Made by a program: the position numbers and the translations under genes
Shown here: one piece after another, positions 8,398 through 18,112 of the stretch
Position numbering within the stretch: position 1 is the first letter of the stretch
Layout of the letters: each line of letters opens with the position of its first letter
Source of the DNA: an uncultured Oscillospiraceae bacterium
GTDB taxonomy: Bacteria; Bacillota; Clostridia; Oscillospirales; Oscillospiraceae
DNA length: 64,000 bases
NCBI GenBank assembly: GCA_910588455.1
Contig: CAJUPG010000001.1
Span: 1,592-65,591 of the forward strand
Reading direction: 5' to 3'
Notes under the pieces: model-generated
What the model was told of the DNA's origin: nothing
Database searches by the model: none
Seen by the model: the letters and a program-made list of their open reading frames with translations, nothing else

Positions 8398-11300
8398 ATG
8401 GCGGATCAATCCTTTTCTCCCGTTCCTCTGGACGATGAACATTTAGCCAAATACGGAAAAAACGCCGCCCGGTGCCTGAAGCCGGAGGGAAGCATCTCCT
8501 TAAAGCAGGCGGCCCGCCAGATCCGGGAGGATTTGCGCACCCTGGCCCAGACTGTGCGCAGTCTGTCCGACGCGCCGCCGGCGGGGCAGTCCCCGGCGGT
8601 GGAGTGGCTGCTGGACAACCACTACCTGGCCCAGCGGGTGGGGGTGGACGCCGCCGCCGTCCTGGGCCGCAGCGGCCGGGTGCGCCGAAGCGTGGAGGAG
8701 AGCGTGGTGCAGGTGTGCGCCCGGGGGGCGGTGTGGGCCGCTCCGGAGCTGGAGCTGGAGCGGCTGGAGCTGTATCTGTCCCAGTTCCAGAGTGAGGTCC
8801 CCCTGACGGAGCGGGAGCTGTCGCTGCTGGCTCCGGCTTTGGCCTGGGCCCTGCTGCGCCGTCTGGCCCAGCTCAGCCAAGACGCGTGGGCGATGGCGGA
8901 GGGCAAGAAGGACCCGGCGGCGTTCCAGGCCCTGTTTGCCGGCCTGCGCTCTCTGGAGGCCATCCACTGGGGCCGTTTTCTGGAGCGGCAGAGCCGCCTG
9001 GAGACCCTGCTGCGCCAGGACCCCACCGGGGACTACCCCAACATGGAGGAGAATACCCGCCGCCGCTACCGGCAGCAGGTGTGCCGTCTGGCCCGGCGGC
9101 AGAAGTGGACGGAGGCGGAGGCCGCGGAGGAGGCCCTGGAGCTGGCCCAAAAACACAGCCGGCACATCGGGTACTATCTGTTCACCAAGCCCCTGGGCCG
9201 TCCCGCCGCCTATGTGCCGGACAGCCTGTATGCCGTTTCTGTGCTTTTGCTTACCGGCGTGCTGTCCCTGGCTCTGGGGAGCGCGGGCTATGGCATTTTG
9301 CTTCCGGCGCTGCTGTTTCTGCCTCTGTCGGATATTGTAAAAAATGGTCTGGATTTTATCCTCTCCCACATTGTCCGTCCCCGGTCCATTCCCCGGATGG
9401 CGCTGGAGGAGGGGGTCCCCCGGTCGGGCCGGACCTTATGCGTCATTGCCGCCCTGCTTACCGGCGAGGAGAGCGGGAAGGAGCTGGCGGGAGATCTGGA
9501 GCGCTACCGGCTGGCGAACCGGGACTGCGGGGAAGAGCTGCGTTTCGGCGTTCTGGCGGATCTGCCGGACAGCGGATCCCCTATGGACAAAAAGGGCCGG
9601 GCCTGGGTGAAGTCCGCCCAAAAAGCCATTGACGCCCTGAACAAGACCTATGGCGGCGGATTTTATCTTTTCTTCCGGCCCCCGGCGTTCCAGTCCCGGG
9701 ACGAGAAGTACCAGGGTTGGGAGCGCAAGCGGGGAGCCCTGGTGGAGCTGGTGCGTCTGCTGAAGGGAGAGAGCTCCGGCCTGAAGCTCCGGGCGGGGGA
9801 GGAGGCGTGGCTGTCCGATGTGCGGTACGTCATTACCCTGGACAGTGACACCAGTCTGAACGTAGGGGCCGCCCGGGAGCTCATTGGAGCCATGCTACAC
9901 CCCCTGAATCAGCCGGAGATCGACGAAAAGCGCCAGGTGGTGGTTCGGGGGTACGCCCTGCTCCAGCCCCGTGTATCCGTGGAGCTGGAGGCCGCCAACC
10001 GCTCCACGTTCTCCCGCATTTTCGCGGGGCAGGGGGGCGTGGACCCCTACGGCTCCACCGCCAGCGATGTGTACCACGACCTGTTTGACCAGGGGACCTA
10101 CACCGGCAAGGGCATTTTCCAGGTGGACGCCTTTTACCGGTGTCTGGACAACCGCCTGCCGGACAACCGGGTGCTGTCCCACGATTTGCTGGAGGGCAGC
10201 TATTTACACGCGGGCCTGCTAGGGGAGGTGGAGCTGAGCGATGGGTTCCCCTACCAGGTGAACGCCTTTTTTGCCCGCCAGCACCGGTGGGTCCGGGGGG
10301 ACTGGCAGCTGCTGCCCTGGCTGCTGCCCCGGGTGCCCTCTCTGCGGGAGGGCTGCGGCGGCCGGGAGCGCAACCCCCTGACCCCTCTGGCCCGGTGGAA
10401 AATTTTCGACAACCTGCGCCGCTCTCTGTCTCCCATTGCCACCCTGCTGGCTCTGGTGCTGGGGATCTGCCTGTCCGGAAAGACCTTCGCGGCGGCGGGG
10501 ACTGTTGCGGTGCTGTCGGCGGCCTCTAACCTGCTGCTGTCCGGGGTGGAGCTGGCCGCCCGCCGGGGAGCCGGGAGCCATGTGCGCTACCATTCCACAA
10601 TCATTGCCGGGCTGGAGGGGGCGATTTTGCAGACCCTCTTGCAGCTGGTTTTGCTGCCCTGTCAAGCGTATCTGTCCCTCACCGCCGCCGGCGCCGCGCT
10701 GTGGCGGATGCTGATTACCCGGAAAAATCTGCTCTCCTGGGTAACTGCCGCCCAGACCATGGGAAAAAAGGGCAGTCTGTGGAGCTATTTCCGCAAGGAG
10801 TGGTTTTCCGTGGCTGTGGGGCTGCTCACTCTGCTGGGAGCCCAGCTGCGCATTGGCATGGCGGTGGGCTTTGTCTGGATGTGCGCCCCGGCCATCGCCT
10901 GGGCACTGAGCCAGCCCAAGGGGCATAAAAGAGGCGTATCCCCGGCGGACCGGGCCTTCCTGCTCCACCAGGCGGGGCTCATCTGGGGGTATTTTGACAC
11001 ATTTCTGCGGCCCCAGGACAACTGGCTGCCCCCGGACAACTGGCAGGAGCGGCCCGCTGTGGGCCTGGCCCGCCGGACCTCTCCCACCAACATCGGTATG
11101 GCCCTGCTGTCCATTCTGGGGGCAGTGGACCTGGACCTGCTGGCCCGGGAAAAGGGTGAATTTTTGATCTCCAATATGCTGGACACCCTGGAGGGACTGG
11201 AGAAATGGCGGGGCCACCTGTATAACTGGTACTCCACGGAGACCGCCCGCCCCCTGGAGCCCCGGTACGTGTCCACTGTGGACAGCGGCAACCTGTGCGC

Positions 11301-14300
11301 CAGCCTGATTGCTCTGCGGGAAGGGCTGTACGAGTGGGGGGAAGGGGATCTGGCCCGCCGGGCGGAGCGGCTGTCCGACAGCATGGACTTTTCGCCCCTC
11401 TACGACCGGGACCGCAAGCTCTTTTTCATCGGCTGGGAGCTGGAGCGGGACAAGCCCACCCCCGGCTACTACGACCTGATGGCCAGCGAGGCCCGGCAGA
11501 CCAGTTACCTGGCCGTGGCCCGGGGGGAGGTGGACCCCCGCCACTGGCGGCAGCTGGGCCGGATGCTGCTGGGGGAGAACGACTACCGGGGGATGGCCTC
11601 CTGGACGGGGACCATGTTTGAATATTTCATGCCCAATTTGCTGCTGCCCTGCGAGGAGAATTCCCTGCTGTATGAATCCCTGGCCTTCTGCGTCTACGCC
11701 CAGAAGCGCCGGGGCGCCAAGATGCACGCCCCCTGGGGGATTTCCGAGTCGGCTTTCTACGCCTTCGACCCGGCCCGGAACTACCAGTACAAGGCCCATG
11801 GGGTCCAGTCTCTGGGGCTGAAGCGGGGCTTGGACCAGGAGCTGGTTTTGTCCCCCTACTCGTCCTTTCTGGCGCTGCTGCTGGCCCCCAAAAGCGCCGC
11901 GGCCAATCTGCGCCGCCTGCGGGACTTGGGCATGGAGGGCCGGTTCGGCCTCTATGAGGCGGCGGACTTCACCCCCCAGAGGCTTACCGGAGAGGCCCGT
12001 TTTGCCCTGGTGCGCAGCTATATGTCCCATCACCTGGGCATGAGCCTGGTGGCCATTGACAACGCTCTGAACCAAAACGTGATGCAGAAGCGTTTCATGC
12101 GGGACCGGGCCATGTCCGCCTACCGGGAGCTTTTGCGGGAGCGCCTGCCGGTGGGTGCTCCGGTGGCCCGTCTGGCGGAGCGGGAGGCCCCAAAAAAACC
12201 GGAGCGCCGGGCGGCCCCGGCCCTGCTGCGGTGGGGGGAGGGAAGCAGCCGCCTCCAGCCGGCCTGCACCCTGCTGTCCAGCGGAAATTTGACCGCTCTG
12301 GCCTGGGATAACGGGACGGTCCGGCTGAAGCTGGGCGGAGAGGAGCTGCTCCACAGCCGTCCGGGGGAGTGGTACGCCCCGGCGGGGATCTCCGCCTTTG
12401 TGCGCACGGAGGACGATTTTTACGGCGTCACCGCCGCGCCCCTCTACGCCGGGGACTGGCAGGGCCGGTGGGAATTTGACAGCGCCTGCGCCCGGTGGGA
12501 GAGCCGGGGGGTGCGGCTGTCCCTGACCCTGCCGCCTCAGGAGAACGGAGCCGTCTTTCGGGCGGAGCTCCGGGCGGAAGCGGACCACTGGAAGGGGGAA
12601 CTGCTGCTCTATCTGGAGCCCGTGCTGGCCCGTCTGGAGGACTATCAGGCCCATCCGGCCTTCTCCCGGCTGTTTTTGGAGAGCAAGCGGGTGAAAAACG
12701 GCGTGGTATTCTGCCGCCGTCCCAGGGGGCGGGAACAGCCGCCGGTGCTGGCGGTCCAGTGGGATGCGTCCGGAGCCTTCACCACTTCCCGGGAGCGGGC
12801 CCTGGGCCGGGGCGGCTTACGGGCCCTGCCCCACAAAAATTTGTCCCTGGACGGAGCGGTGGGAGCGGTGCTGGACCCCTGCCTGCTGTTAAAAATCCCC
12901 TTTGACCTGCGCCCCGGGGAGAGCAAAACCGTCCGGCTGGCCCTGGCGGGATCAGACAGCGAGTGCAGCGCTCTGGCCAGCGTTCAGAGCCTGCTGCAAA
13001 AGCCCGCCGCCGGCGCGGAAGGGGAGCTGGCCGGTACGGCCCTGCAACTGGGGCTGTCCCAGCGGGAAGCCCTGGAAGCCTTCGAGCTGCTGGGCCGATT
13101 GACCGTCCCCCAAAAGCTGCCCCCTCAGCGGGAGCTGTGGCCCTTCGGGGTTTCAGGCGACGTGCCCATCGCCGCCGGGCAGCTGATCCAGGAGGAGGAG
13201 CTGGAGCGGGCCAAGCTGTGGTGCGCTATGCACCAGTTCTTAAACCGGGGCGGATTTGCCTTTGACCTGGTCCTCCTGCTGGACGAGGAGGGGGACTACC
13301 GCCGTCCCCTGCGGACGGCTCTTACGGAGCACCTGAAAAAACTGGGGGCAGAGAGCGCCCTGGGGGCCAAAGGGGGCGTTCACCTATGCGACGGCAAACC
13401 GGCCCGGGACATGGTCTACGCCCACGCCGCGGTGTGCCTGCCTTTGACGGAGCGCCTGCCGGTGGAGGACGTGCCGCCTCCCGGGCCAGTGGATGTATCG
13501 GACTGTCCGGCGGACTGGAGCATAGAACCCGACGGGGTTTTGAAGATTTTTGCTGGGGACAAGCTGCCCCCGGTGGGCTGGAGCCAGATTCTGTGCAATG
13601 AGGAATTCGGCTGGCTCACCGACGAAACGGGGAACGGCCTTTTGTGGACCGGCGGCAACAGCCGGGAGGGGGCCTTGACCCGCTGGCGCAACGACCCCTT
13701 GACAGTAGGCGGCGGGGAGCGGGTAGAGTTTAATGGCGTTTCCGTCTTTGCAGACGGGGACGGGCTGGACTGTACGGTGTCCTACCGGCCGGGAGAGGCC
13801 GTTTGGAAGAAAAAGCTGCCCAACGGGGCGCTGACCACCCGGGCCTGGGTGCCCATGGAGGAAAACCGGCGGTATATCGCCGTAAGGTGCGGGCAGGAGG
13901 GGGCGTTGTCCTACCGGCTGGAGGACGGTCCGGCCCTGATCCAGCCGGTCAAGGCGGGGGAGACCTGGACCCTGGTAGACCAGTCCCACTGGGAGAAGCG
14001 GGGGGTTCCGGAGAAAACCGAGCCCTTCTGGAGGAATTTGAACAAACTCCGCATCAATACCCCCAGCCCTGAGTTGAATCATTATGTAAACTGCTGGGGC
14101 CTCTATCAGGTAACCGCCTGCCGGCTGTTCGCCCGGACCTCCCAGTATCAGAACGGCGGGGCCTACGGCTTCCGGGATCAGCTCCAGGACGTGTGCGCCC
14201 TGATGACCGCCGCTCCGGCCCTGGCCAGAGAGCAGATTTTACGCTGCTGCGCCCGTCAATTTGAGGAGGGGGACGTACAGCACTGGTGGCACCCGCCCCA

Positions 14301-15417
14301 CGGGGCCGGCGTACGCACCCGCATCACGGACGACCTGCTGTGGCTGCCCTATGCGGCGCATCGTTATGTAAATTTAACTGGAGACGAAAAGCTATGGGAC
14401 GAGCCCGTCCCATACCTTCATGCCCCGCCCCTGGAGCCGGATCAGCAGCAGCGGTACGACACCCCGGAAATTTCGTCCCAAACCGGGACCGTCCGGGAGC
14501 ACTGTCAGCGGGCGGTGCAGAGGGTCATTGAGAGGGGCTTTGGGTCCCACGGTCTGGCCCTCATGGGGACCGGGGACTGGAACGACGGCATGGACCGGGT
14601 GGGGGAGCGGGGCCGGGGGGAGTCTGTGTGGCTGACCTGGTTTCTTGCCTTGGTGCTGAAGGACTTTCCGGAGTATGAGCAGGTCCGGCAAAACTGCCTC
14701 AAGGCCGCCGAACAGGCCTGGGACGGGGCCTGGTACCGCCGGGGCTACTACGACGATGGGACCCCGCTGGGTTCCCAGGGAAACGACCAGTGCAAAATCG
14801 ACTCCATCGCCCAGTCTTTTGCTGTCTTTGCCGGCGGGGCGCGGGGGGCTGAGGCGGTAGATTCTGCCATTACAGAACTCTTTGACGAAAAAAATCAGCT
14901 GATCAAGCTGTTCAGTCCCGCCTTTACAGGCCGGGGCAAGGACCCGGGCTATATCCGGGGCTACCTGCCCGGAGTCCGGGAGAACGGCGGGCAGTACACC
15001 CACGGCGCGGTGTGGTTAGCCATCGCCTGCCTGGAGCTGGGGGACGGCGACCGGGGTTGGCAGCTGCTGCACGCCCTGCTGCCGGAGACCCACCCAACCG
15101 AAATTTATCGGACCGAGCCCTATGTCATTGCTGCCGACGTGTACGCGGCCCAGGGCCACCAGGGCCGGGGCGGCTGGAGCTGGTACACCGGCGCGGCGGG
15201 GTGGTACTACCGGGCGGCGGTGGAGCACCTGCTGGGCTTACGGGTCCGGGCGGGGCGGCTGTATGTGGAGCCGGTCCTGCCCCAATCCTGGCCGGGATTT
15301 TCGGCGGAGTGGCAGCTGCCCAATGGGAAGCGGCTGCACATTGAGGTAAAACGGGGGGAACCGCCTGTCTGCCGCTTGGATGGGAAACTGATGAAAAATG
15401 GGGTGGAAATTCTGTAG
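8398..15417 (+). CDS. cgs: Cyclic beta-1,2-glucan synthase (Cgs/NdvB-like: GT84 + cyclase/glucoamylase-like + GH94 domains)
   Basis: WLLDNHY, GWERKRG, ITLDSDT, SHDLLEG, RQHRWVRGDW (GT84); TM bundle; SPTNIG, STVDSGN, SWTGTMFEY, WGISES (middle domain); GAYGFRDQLQD, GTGDWNDG, ENGGQYTH, GGWSWYTG (GH94). Confidence 0.93.
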   Translation: MADQSFSPVPLDDEHLAKYGKNAARCLKPEGSISLKQAARQIREDLRTLAQTVRSLSDAPPAGQSPAVEWLLDNHYLAQRVGVDAAAVLGRSGRVRRSVEESVVQVCARGAVWAAPELELERLELYLSQFQSEVPLTERELSLLAPALAWALLRRLAQLSQDAWAMAEGKKDPAAFQALFAGLRSLEAIHWGRFLERQSRLETLLRQDPTGDYPNMEENTRRRYRQQVCRLARRQKWTEAEAAEEALELAQKHSRHIGYYLFTKPLGRPAAYVPDSLYAVSVLLLTGVLSLALGSAGYGILLPALLFLPLSDIVKNGLDFILSHIVRPRSIPRMALEEGVPRSGRTLCVIAALLTGEESGKELAGDLERYRLANRDCGEELRFGVLADLPDSGSPMDKKGRAWVKSAQKAIDALNKTYGGGFYLFFRPPAFQSRDEKYQGWERKRGALVELVRLLKGESSGLKLRAGEEAWLSDVRYVITLDSDTSLNVGAARELIGAMLHPLNQPEIDEKRQVVVRGYALLQPRVSVELEAANRSTFSRIFAGQGGVDPYGSTASDVYHDLFDQGTYTGKGIFQVDAFYRCLDNRLPDNRVLSHDLLEGSYLHAGLLGEVELSDGFPYQVNAFFARQHRWVRGDWQLLPWLLPRVPSLREGCGGRERNPLTPLARWKIFDNLRRSLSPIATLLALVLGICLSGKTFAAAGTVAVLSAASNLLLSGVELAARRGAGSHVRYHSTIIAGLEGAILQTLLQLVLLPCQAYLSLTAAGAALWRMLITRKNLLSWVTAAQTMGKKGSLWSYFRKEWFSVAVGLLTLLGAQLRIGMAVGFVWMCAPAIAWALSQPKGHKRGVSPADRAFLLHQAGLIWGYFDTFLRPQDNWLPPDNWQERPAVGLARRTSPTNIGMALLSILGAVDLDLLAREKGEFLISNMLDTLEGLEKWRGHLYNWYSTETARPLEPRYVSTVDSGNLCASLIALREGLYEWGEGDLARRAERLSDSMDFSPLYDRDRKLFFIGWELERDKPTPGYYDLMASEARQTSYLAVARGEVDPRHWRQLGRMLLGENDYRGMASWTGTMFEYFMPNLLLPCEENSLLYESLAFCVYAQKRRGAKMHAPWGISESAFYAFDPARNYQYKAHGVQSLGLKRGLDQELVLSPYSSFLALLLAPKSAAANLRRLRDLGMEGRFGLYEAADFTPQRLTGEARFALVRSYMSHHLGMSLVAIDNALNQNVMQKRFMRDRAMSAYRELLRERLPVGAPVARLAEREAPKKPERRAAPALLRWGEGSSRLQPACTLLSSGNLTALAWDNGTVRLKLGGEELLHSRPGEWYAPAGISAFVRTEDDFYGVTAAPLYAGDWQGRWEFDSACARWESRGVRLSLTLPPQENGAVFRAELRAEADHWKGELLLYLEPVLARLEDYQAHPAFSRLFLESKRVKNGVVFCRRPRGREQPPVLAVQWDASGAFTTSRERALGRGGLRALPHKNLSLDGAVGAVLDPCLLLKIPFDLRPGESKTVRLALAGSDSECSALASVQSLLQKPAAGAEGELAGTALQLGLSQREALEAFELLGRLTVPQKLPPQRELWPFGVSGDVPIAAGQLIQEEELERAKLWCAMHQFLNRGGFAFDLVLLLDEEGDYRRPLRTALTEHLKKLGAESALGAKGGVHLCDGKPARDMVYAHAAVCLPLTERLPVEDVPPPGPVDVSDCPADWSIEPDGVLKIFAGDKLPPVGWSQILCNEEFGWLTDETGNGLLWTGGNSREGALTRWRNDPLTVGGGERVEFNGVSVFADGDGLDCTVSYRPGEAVWKKKLPNGALTTRAWVPMEENRRYIAVRCGQEGALSYRLEDGPALIQPVKAGETWTLVDQSHWEKRGVPEKTEPFWRNLNKLRINTPSPELNHYVNCWGLYQVTACRLFARTSQYQNGGAYGFRDQLQDVCALMTAAPALAREQILRCCARQFEEGDVQHWWHPPHGAGVRTRITDDLLWLPYAAHRYVNLTGDEKLWDEPVPYLHAPPLEPDQQQRYDTPEISSQTGTVREHCQRAVQRVIERGFGSHGLALMGTGDWNDGMDRVGERGRGESVWLTWFLALVLKDFPEYEQVRQNCLKAAEQAWDGAWYRRGYYDDGTPLGSQGNDQCKIDSIAQSFAVFAGGARGAEAVDSAITELFDEKNQLIKLFSPAFTGRGKDPGYIRGYLPGVRENGGQYTHGAVWLAIACLELGDGDRGWQLLHALLPETHPTEIYRTEPYVIAADVYAAQGHQGRGGWSWYTGAAGWYYRAAVEHLLGLRVRAGRLYVEPVLPQSWPGFSAEWQLPNGKRLHIEVKRGEPPVCRLDGKLMKNGVEIL

Positions 15418-15437
15418 GGGCGGCCTGGAGCCGCCCC
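15414..15437 (+). repeat. GTAG-type REP-like palindrome (or terminator-like hairpin) at cgs stop
   Basis: GTA-GGGGCGGC-CTGGA-GCCGCCCC. Confidence 0.4.
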
Positions 15438-15474
15438 CGCCCCTAAAGGGGAAAATATTTGTTCACAAAAAATT

Positions 15475-15503
15475 TTGATTTTTTTCCTCAAACCATGTAT
15501 AAT
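15475..15503 (+). promoter_or_regulatory. SigA promoter of ymfF operon
   Basis: TTGATT-17-TATAAT. Confidence 0.65.
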
Positions 15504-15541
15504 GCTTCTTGAGATAAATTTCCCAGGAAAGGATTGGTTTC

Positions 15542-16825
15542 ATGCAGACCACGAGACGAGAGCTGGCGCCCGGCGTCAATCTGCGGTGCGTCCACACGAA
15601 CAAGTTCAAAAGCGCTTATCTGAGCGTTACCATGATGCTTCCCCTGGAGGCGGAGCAGGCCTCCCTCAACGCCCTGCTGCCCTATGTGCTGCGGCGGGGG
15701 ACCCGGAAGCACCCGGATCTGGAGGCCCTGTCCGCCGCCCTGGACGAGCTGTATGGCGGGGCGATTGAGCCCATGGTCCGCAAGCGGGGAGAGACCCAGT
15801 GCGTGGGCCTTGTGGCAGGCTTTCTGGATGACAAGTACGCCCTGGACGGCAGGCCCATTTTAGAGCCCGCCGCCGCCCTGGTGGGGGAGATTTTACTCAA
15901 TCCTTTCACCCGGGACGGGGTTTTTTGTCCGGAATACACCGCCGGAGAGCGGGCGAATCTGATTGACCGCATCCGCAGCCAGATCAACGACAAGCGCACC
16001 TACGCCGTTCAGCGGCTGACCCAGGAGATGTGCCGCTATGAGAATTTCGGCGTGGACCGGCTGGGGGACGAGACCTCCGCCGCCGCCATCACCCCCGAAA
16101 GCCTCTGGGCGCGGTATCAGGAGCTTCTGGCTCAGGCGGAGTTTGAGGTCTACTACTGCGGCTGCGCCCAGCCGGAGCGGGTCGAACAGGCGCTGCGGCA
16201 GGCGCTGGCCCCTCTGCTGGCCCGGGAACCGGGAGAACTGCTGTACGCCGACTGTGAGATCCGCACCAACGCGGTGGAGGTCAATACGGTGGAGGAGTCC
16301 ATGGACGTGACCCAGGGCAAGCTGGCTATGGGCTTCCGCACCGGTGGGAACGCCGTGTGGGAGGAGGACTACCCGGCCCTGCTGCTGTGCAACGCCGTGT
16401 TCGGCGGGACCACCCTGTCCAAGCTCTTTTTGAATGTCCGGGAAAAGCTCTCCCTGTGCTACTACGCCAGTTCCATGCTGGAGAAGATGAAGGGCGTGAT
16501 TCTGGTGTCCTCCGGCATCGAGTTTGACAAGTACCAGGAAGCCCGGGACGAAATTCTTCACCAGCTGGAGGAGATCCGCCAGGGCCGGATTGAGGACTGG
16601 GAGCTGGAGGGGGCCCGCCGGACGGTAATCTCCGGCTACCGCTCCTATCTGGACAATCAGGGCCAGCTGGAGGATTTCTGGCTGGGACAGGCCGCCGCCG
16701 GTCTGGACACGGAGATCGAAGAGCTGACAAGCCGCCTGGAGGGCGTCACGGCCTCTCAGGTCGCCGCCGCGGCCCAGAAGCTGGAGCTGGATACGGTATA
16801 TTTCCTGAAAGGAGTGGAGGGTTAA
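15542..16825 (+). CDS. ymfF: M16 peptidase-family non-catalytic subunit (YmfF-like)
   Basis: TNKFKS, SKLFLNVREKLSLCYY; lacks HxxEH; paired with ymfH. Confidence 0.85.
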   Translation: MQTTRRELAPGVNLRCVHTNKFKSAYLSVTMMLPLEAEQASLNALLPYVLRRGTRKHPDLEALSAALDELYGGAIEPMVRKRGETQCVGLVAGFLDDKYALDGRPILEPAAALVGEILLNPFTRDGVFCPEYTAGERANLIDRIRSQINDKRTYAVQRLTQEMCRYENFGVDRLGDETSAAAITPESLWARYQELLAQAEFEVYYCGCAQPERVEQALRQALAPLLAREPGELLYADCEIRTNAVEVNTVEESMDVTQGKLAMGFRTGGNAVWEEDYPALLLCNAVFGGTTLSKLFLNVREKLSLCYYASSMLEKMKGVILVSSGIEFDKYQEARDEILHQLEEIRQGRIEDWELEGARRTVISGYRSYLDNQGQLEDFWLGQAAAGLDTEIEELTSRLEGVTASQVAAAAQKLELDTVYFLKGVEG

Positions 16826-16828
16826 ACC

Positions 16829-18112
16829 ATGGAACTGCTGCAATTTCCCCGGGCGGGGGAGAAGATTTTTCACGAGGTTTTGGAAAATGGATTGAACGTG
16901 TTTGTGTTCCCCAAGCCGGAGTTTCAAAAGAGCTACGCCTTTTTCGCCACCCGCTACGGCGGCATGGACACCCGCTTCTGTCTGAACGGCCAGTGGCAGG
17001 ACACCCCCGCCGGCATTGCCCACTATCTGGAGCACAAGATGTTCGACACCCAGGAGGGCAACGCCCTTCAGGATCTGGCGGCCAACGGAGCCTCCCCCAA
17101 CGCCTTCACCAGCAACGCCATTACGGGGTACTATTTTGAGTGCACGGAGAAATTTGAGGAAAATTTGAAGATTCTGCTGTCCTTTGTGTCCGTCCCCTGG
17201 TTCACTCCGGAGAGCGTGGCGAAAGAACAGGGCATCATTGGCCAGGAGATTGGCATGATTGAGGACGACCCAAACTGGCAGGTCTATCAGAACTTGACCA
17301 AGGCAATGTATCACACCCACCCCATCCGCACCAGTGTGGCGGGAACCGTGGAATCCATCTCCCACATCACGGACAAAACGCTCTACGACTGCCATAAGGC
17401 CTTTTACGACCCGGCTAACATGGTTTTATGCGCGGCGGGGGATCTCGACCTGGAGACGGTCTGTGCCGCCGCCCGGGAGATTCTGCCCAAAACACCCGGC
17501 CCCATTGCGGACCGGGACTATGGCGGACAGGAGCCGGAGCAGGTGAGCCGGAATCAGATTGAAATTTCCATGGAGGTTTCCACCCCCATTTTCCAGCTGG
17601 GCTTCAAGGGGGATGCCCCGGCCCAGGGAGAAGCGGGTCTGCGCCAGTCTCTGCTGGGGGAGCTGGCCTGTGAGGCGCTGCTGGGCACCTCCAGCCCCCT
17701 GTACGCCCGGCTGTACCGGGAGGGGCTGATTAACAAGAGCTTTTATTACGACTATGAGACGGAGCCGGGCTGTTCCTTCCTGTGCGCCGGCGGCGAGAGC
17801 CGGGACCCGGAGGCGGTCCGGGCGGCGGTGCTGGAGGAGAGCGAACGTCTGGTCCGGGAGGGCGTGGACTGTAAGCTGTGGGAGCGCATCAAAAAGGGCT
17901 GCTACGGCAACCGGATGCGCTCTCTCAACTCCTTTGAAAACCTGTGCGTCACACAGGCCCAGTCCTTTTTCCGGGAGGAGCGCTTTCTGGACTTCCCCCA
18001 GATTTATGAGAGTCTGACGGTACAGGATGTGCAGGGGCTTTTGGAGCGGTGGGTGGTCCCCAGCCGGACCGCGCTGTCCATTGTGCGGCCCAAGGGGGGA
18101 GAGACGGCGTGA
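16829..18112 (+). CDS. ymfH: M16 zinc metallopeptidase (YmfH-like)
   Basis: GIAHYLEHKMF (HxxEH), NAFTS, KEQGIIGQEI. Confidence 0.9.
   Translation: MELLQFPRAGEKIFHEVLENGLNVFVFPKPEFQKSYAFFATRYGGMDTRFCLNGQWQDTPAGIAHYLEHKMFDTQEGNALQDLAANGASPNAFTSNAITGYYFECTEKFEENLKILLSFVSVPWFTPESVAKEQGIIGQEIGMIEDDPNWQVYQNLTKAMYHTHPIRTSVAGTVESISHITDKTLYDCHKAFYDPANMVLCAAGDLDLETVCAAAREILPKTPGPIADRDYGGQEPEQVSRNQIEISMEVSTPIFQLGFKGDAPAQGEAGLRQSLLGELACEALLGTSSPLYARLYREGLINKSFYYDYETEPGCSFLCAGGESRDPEAVRAAVLEESERLVREGVDCKLWERIKKGCYGNRMRSLNSFENLCVTQAQSFFREERFLDFPQIYESLTVQDVQGLLERWVVPSRTALSIVRPKGGETA

Noticed and set aside
10219..12654. Long antisense ORFs (811 aa here; also 20346-22451, 58245-59939, 2830-4407)
   Set aside because: Shadow ORFs opposite well-supported genes in high-GC DNA, with no motifs or RBS.
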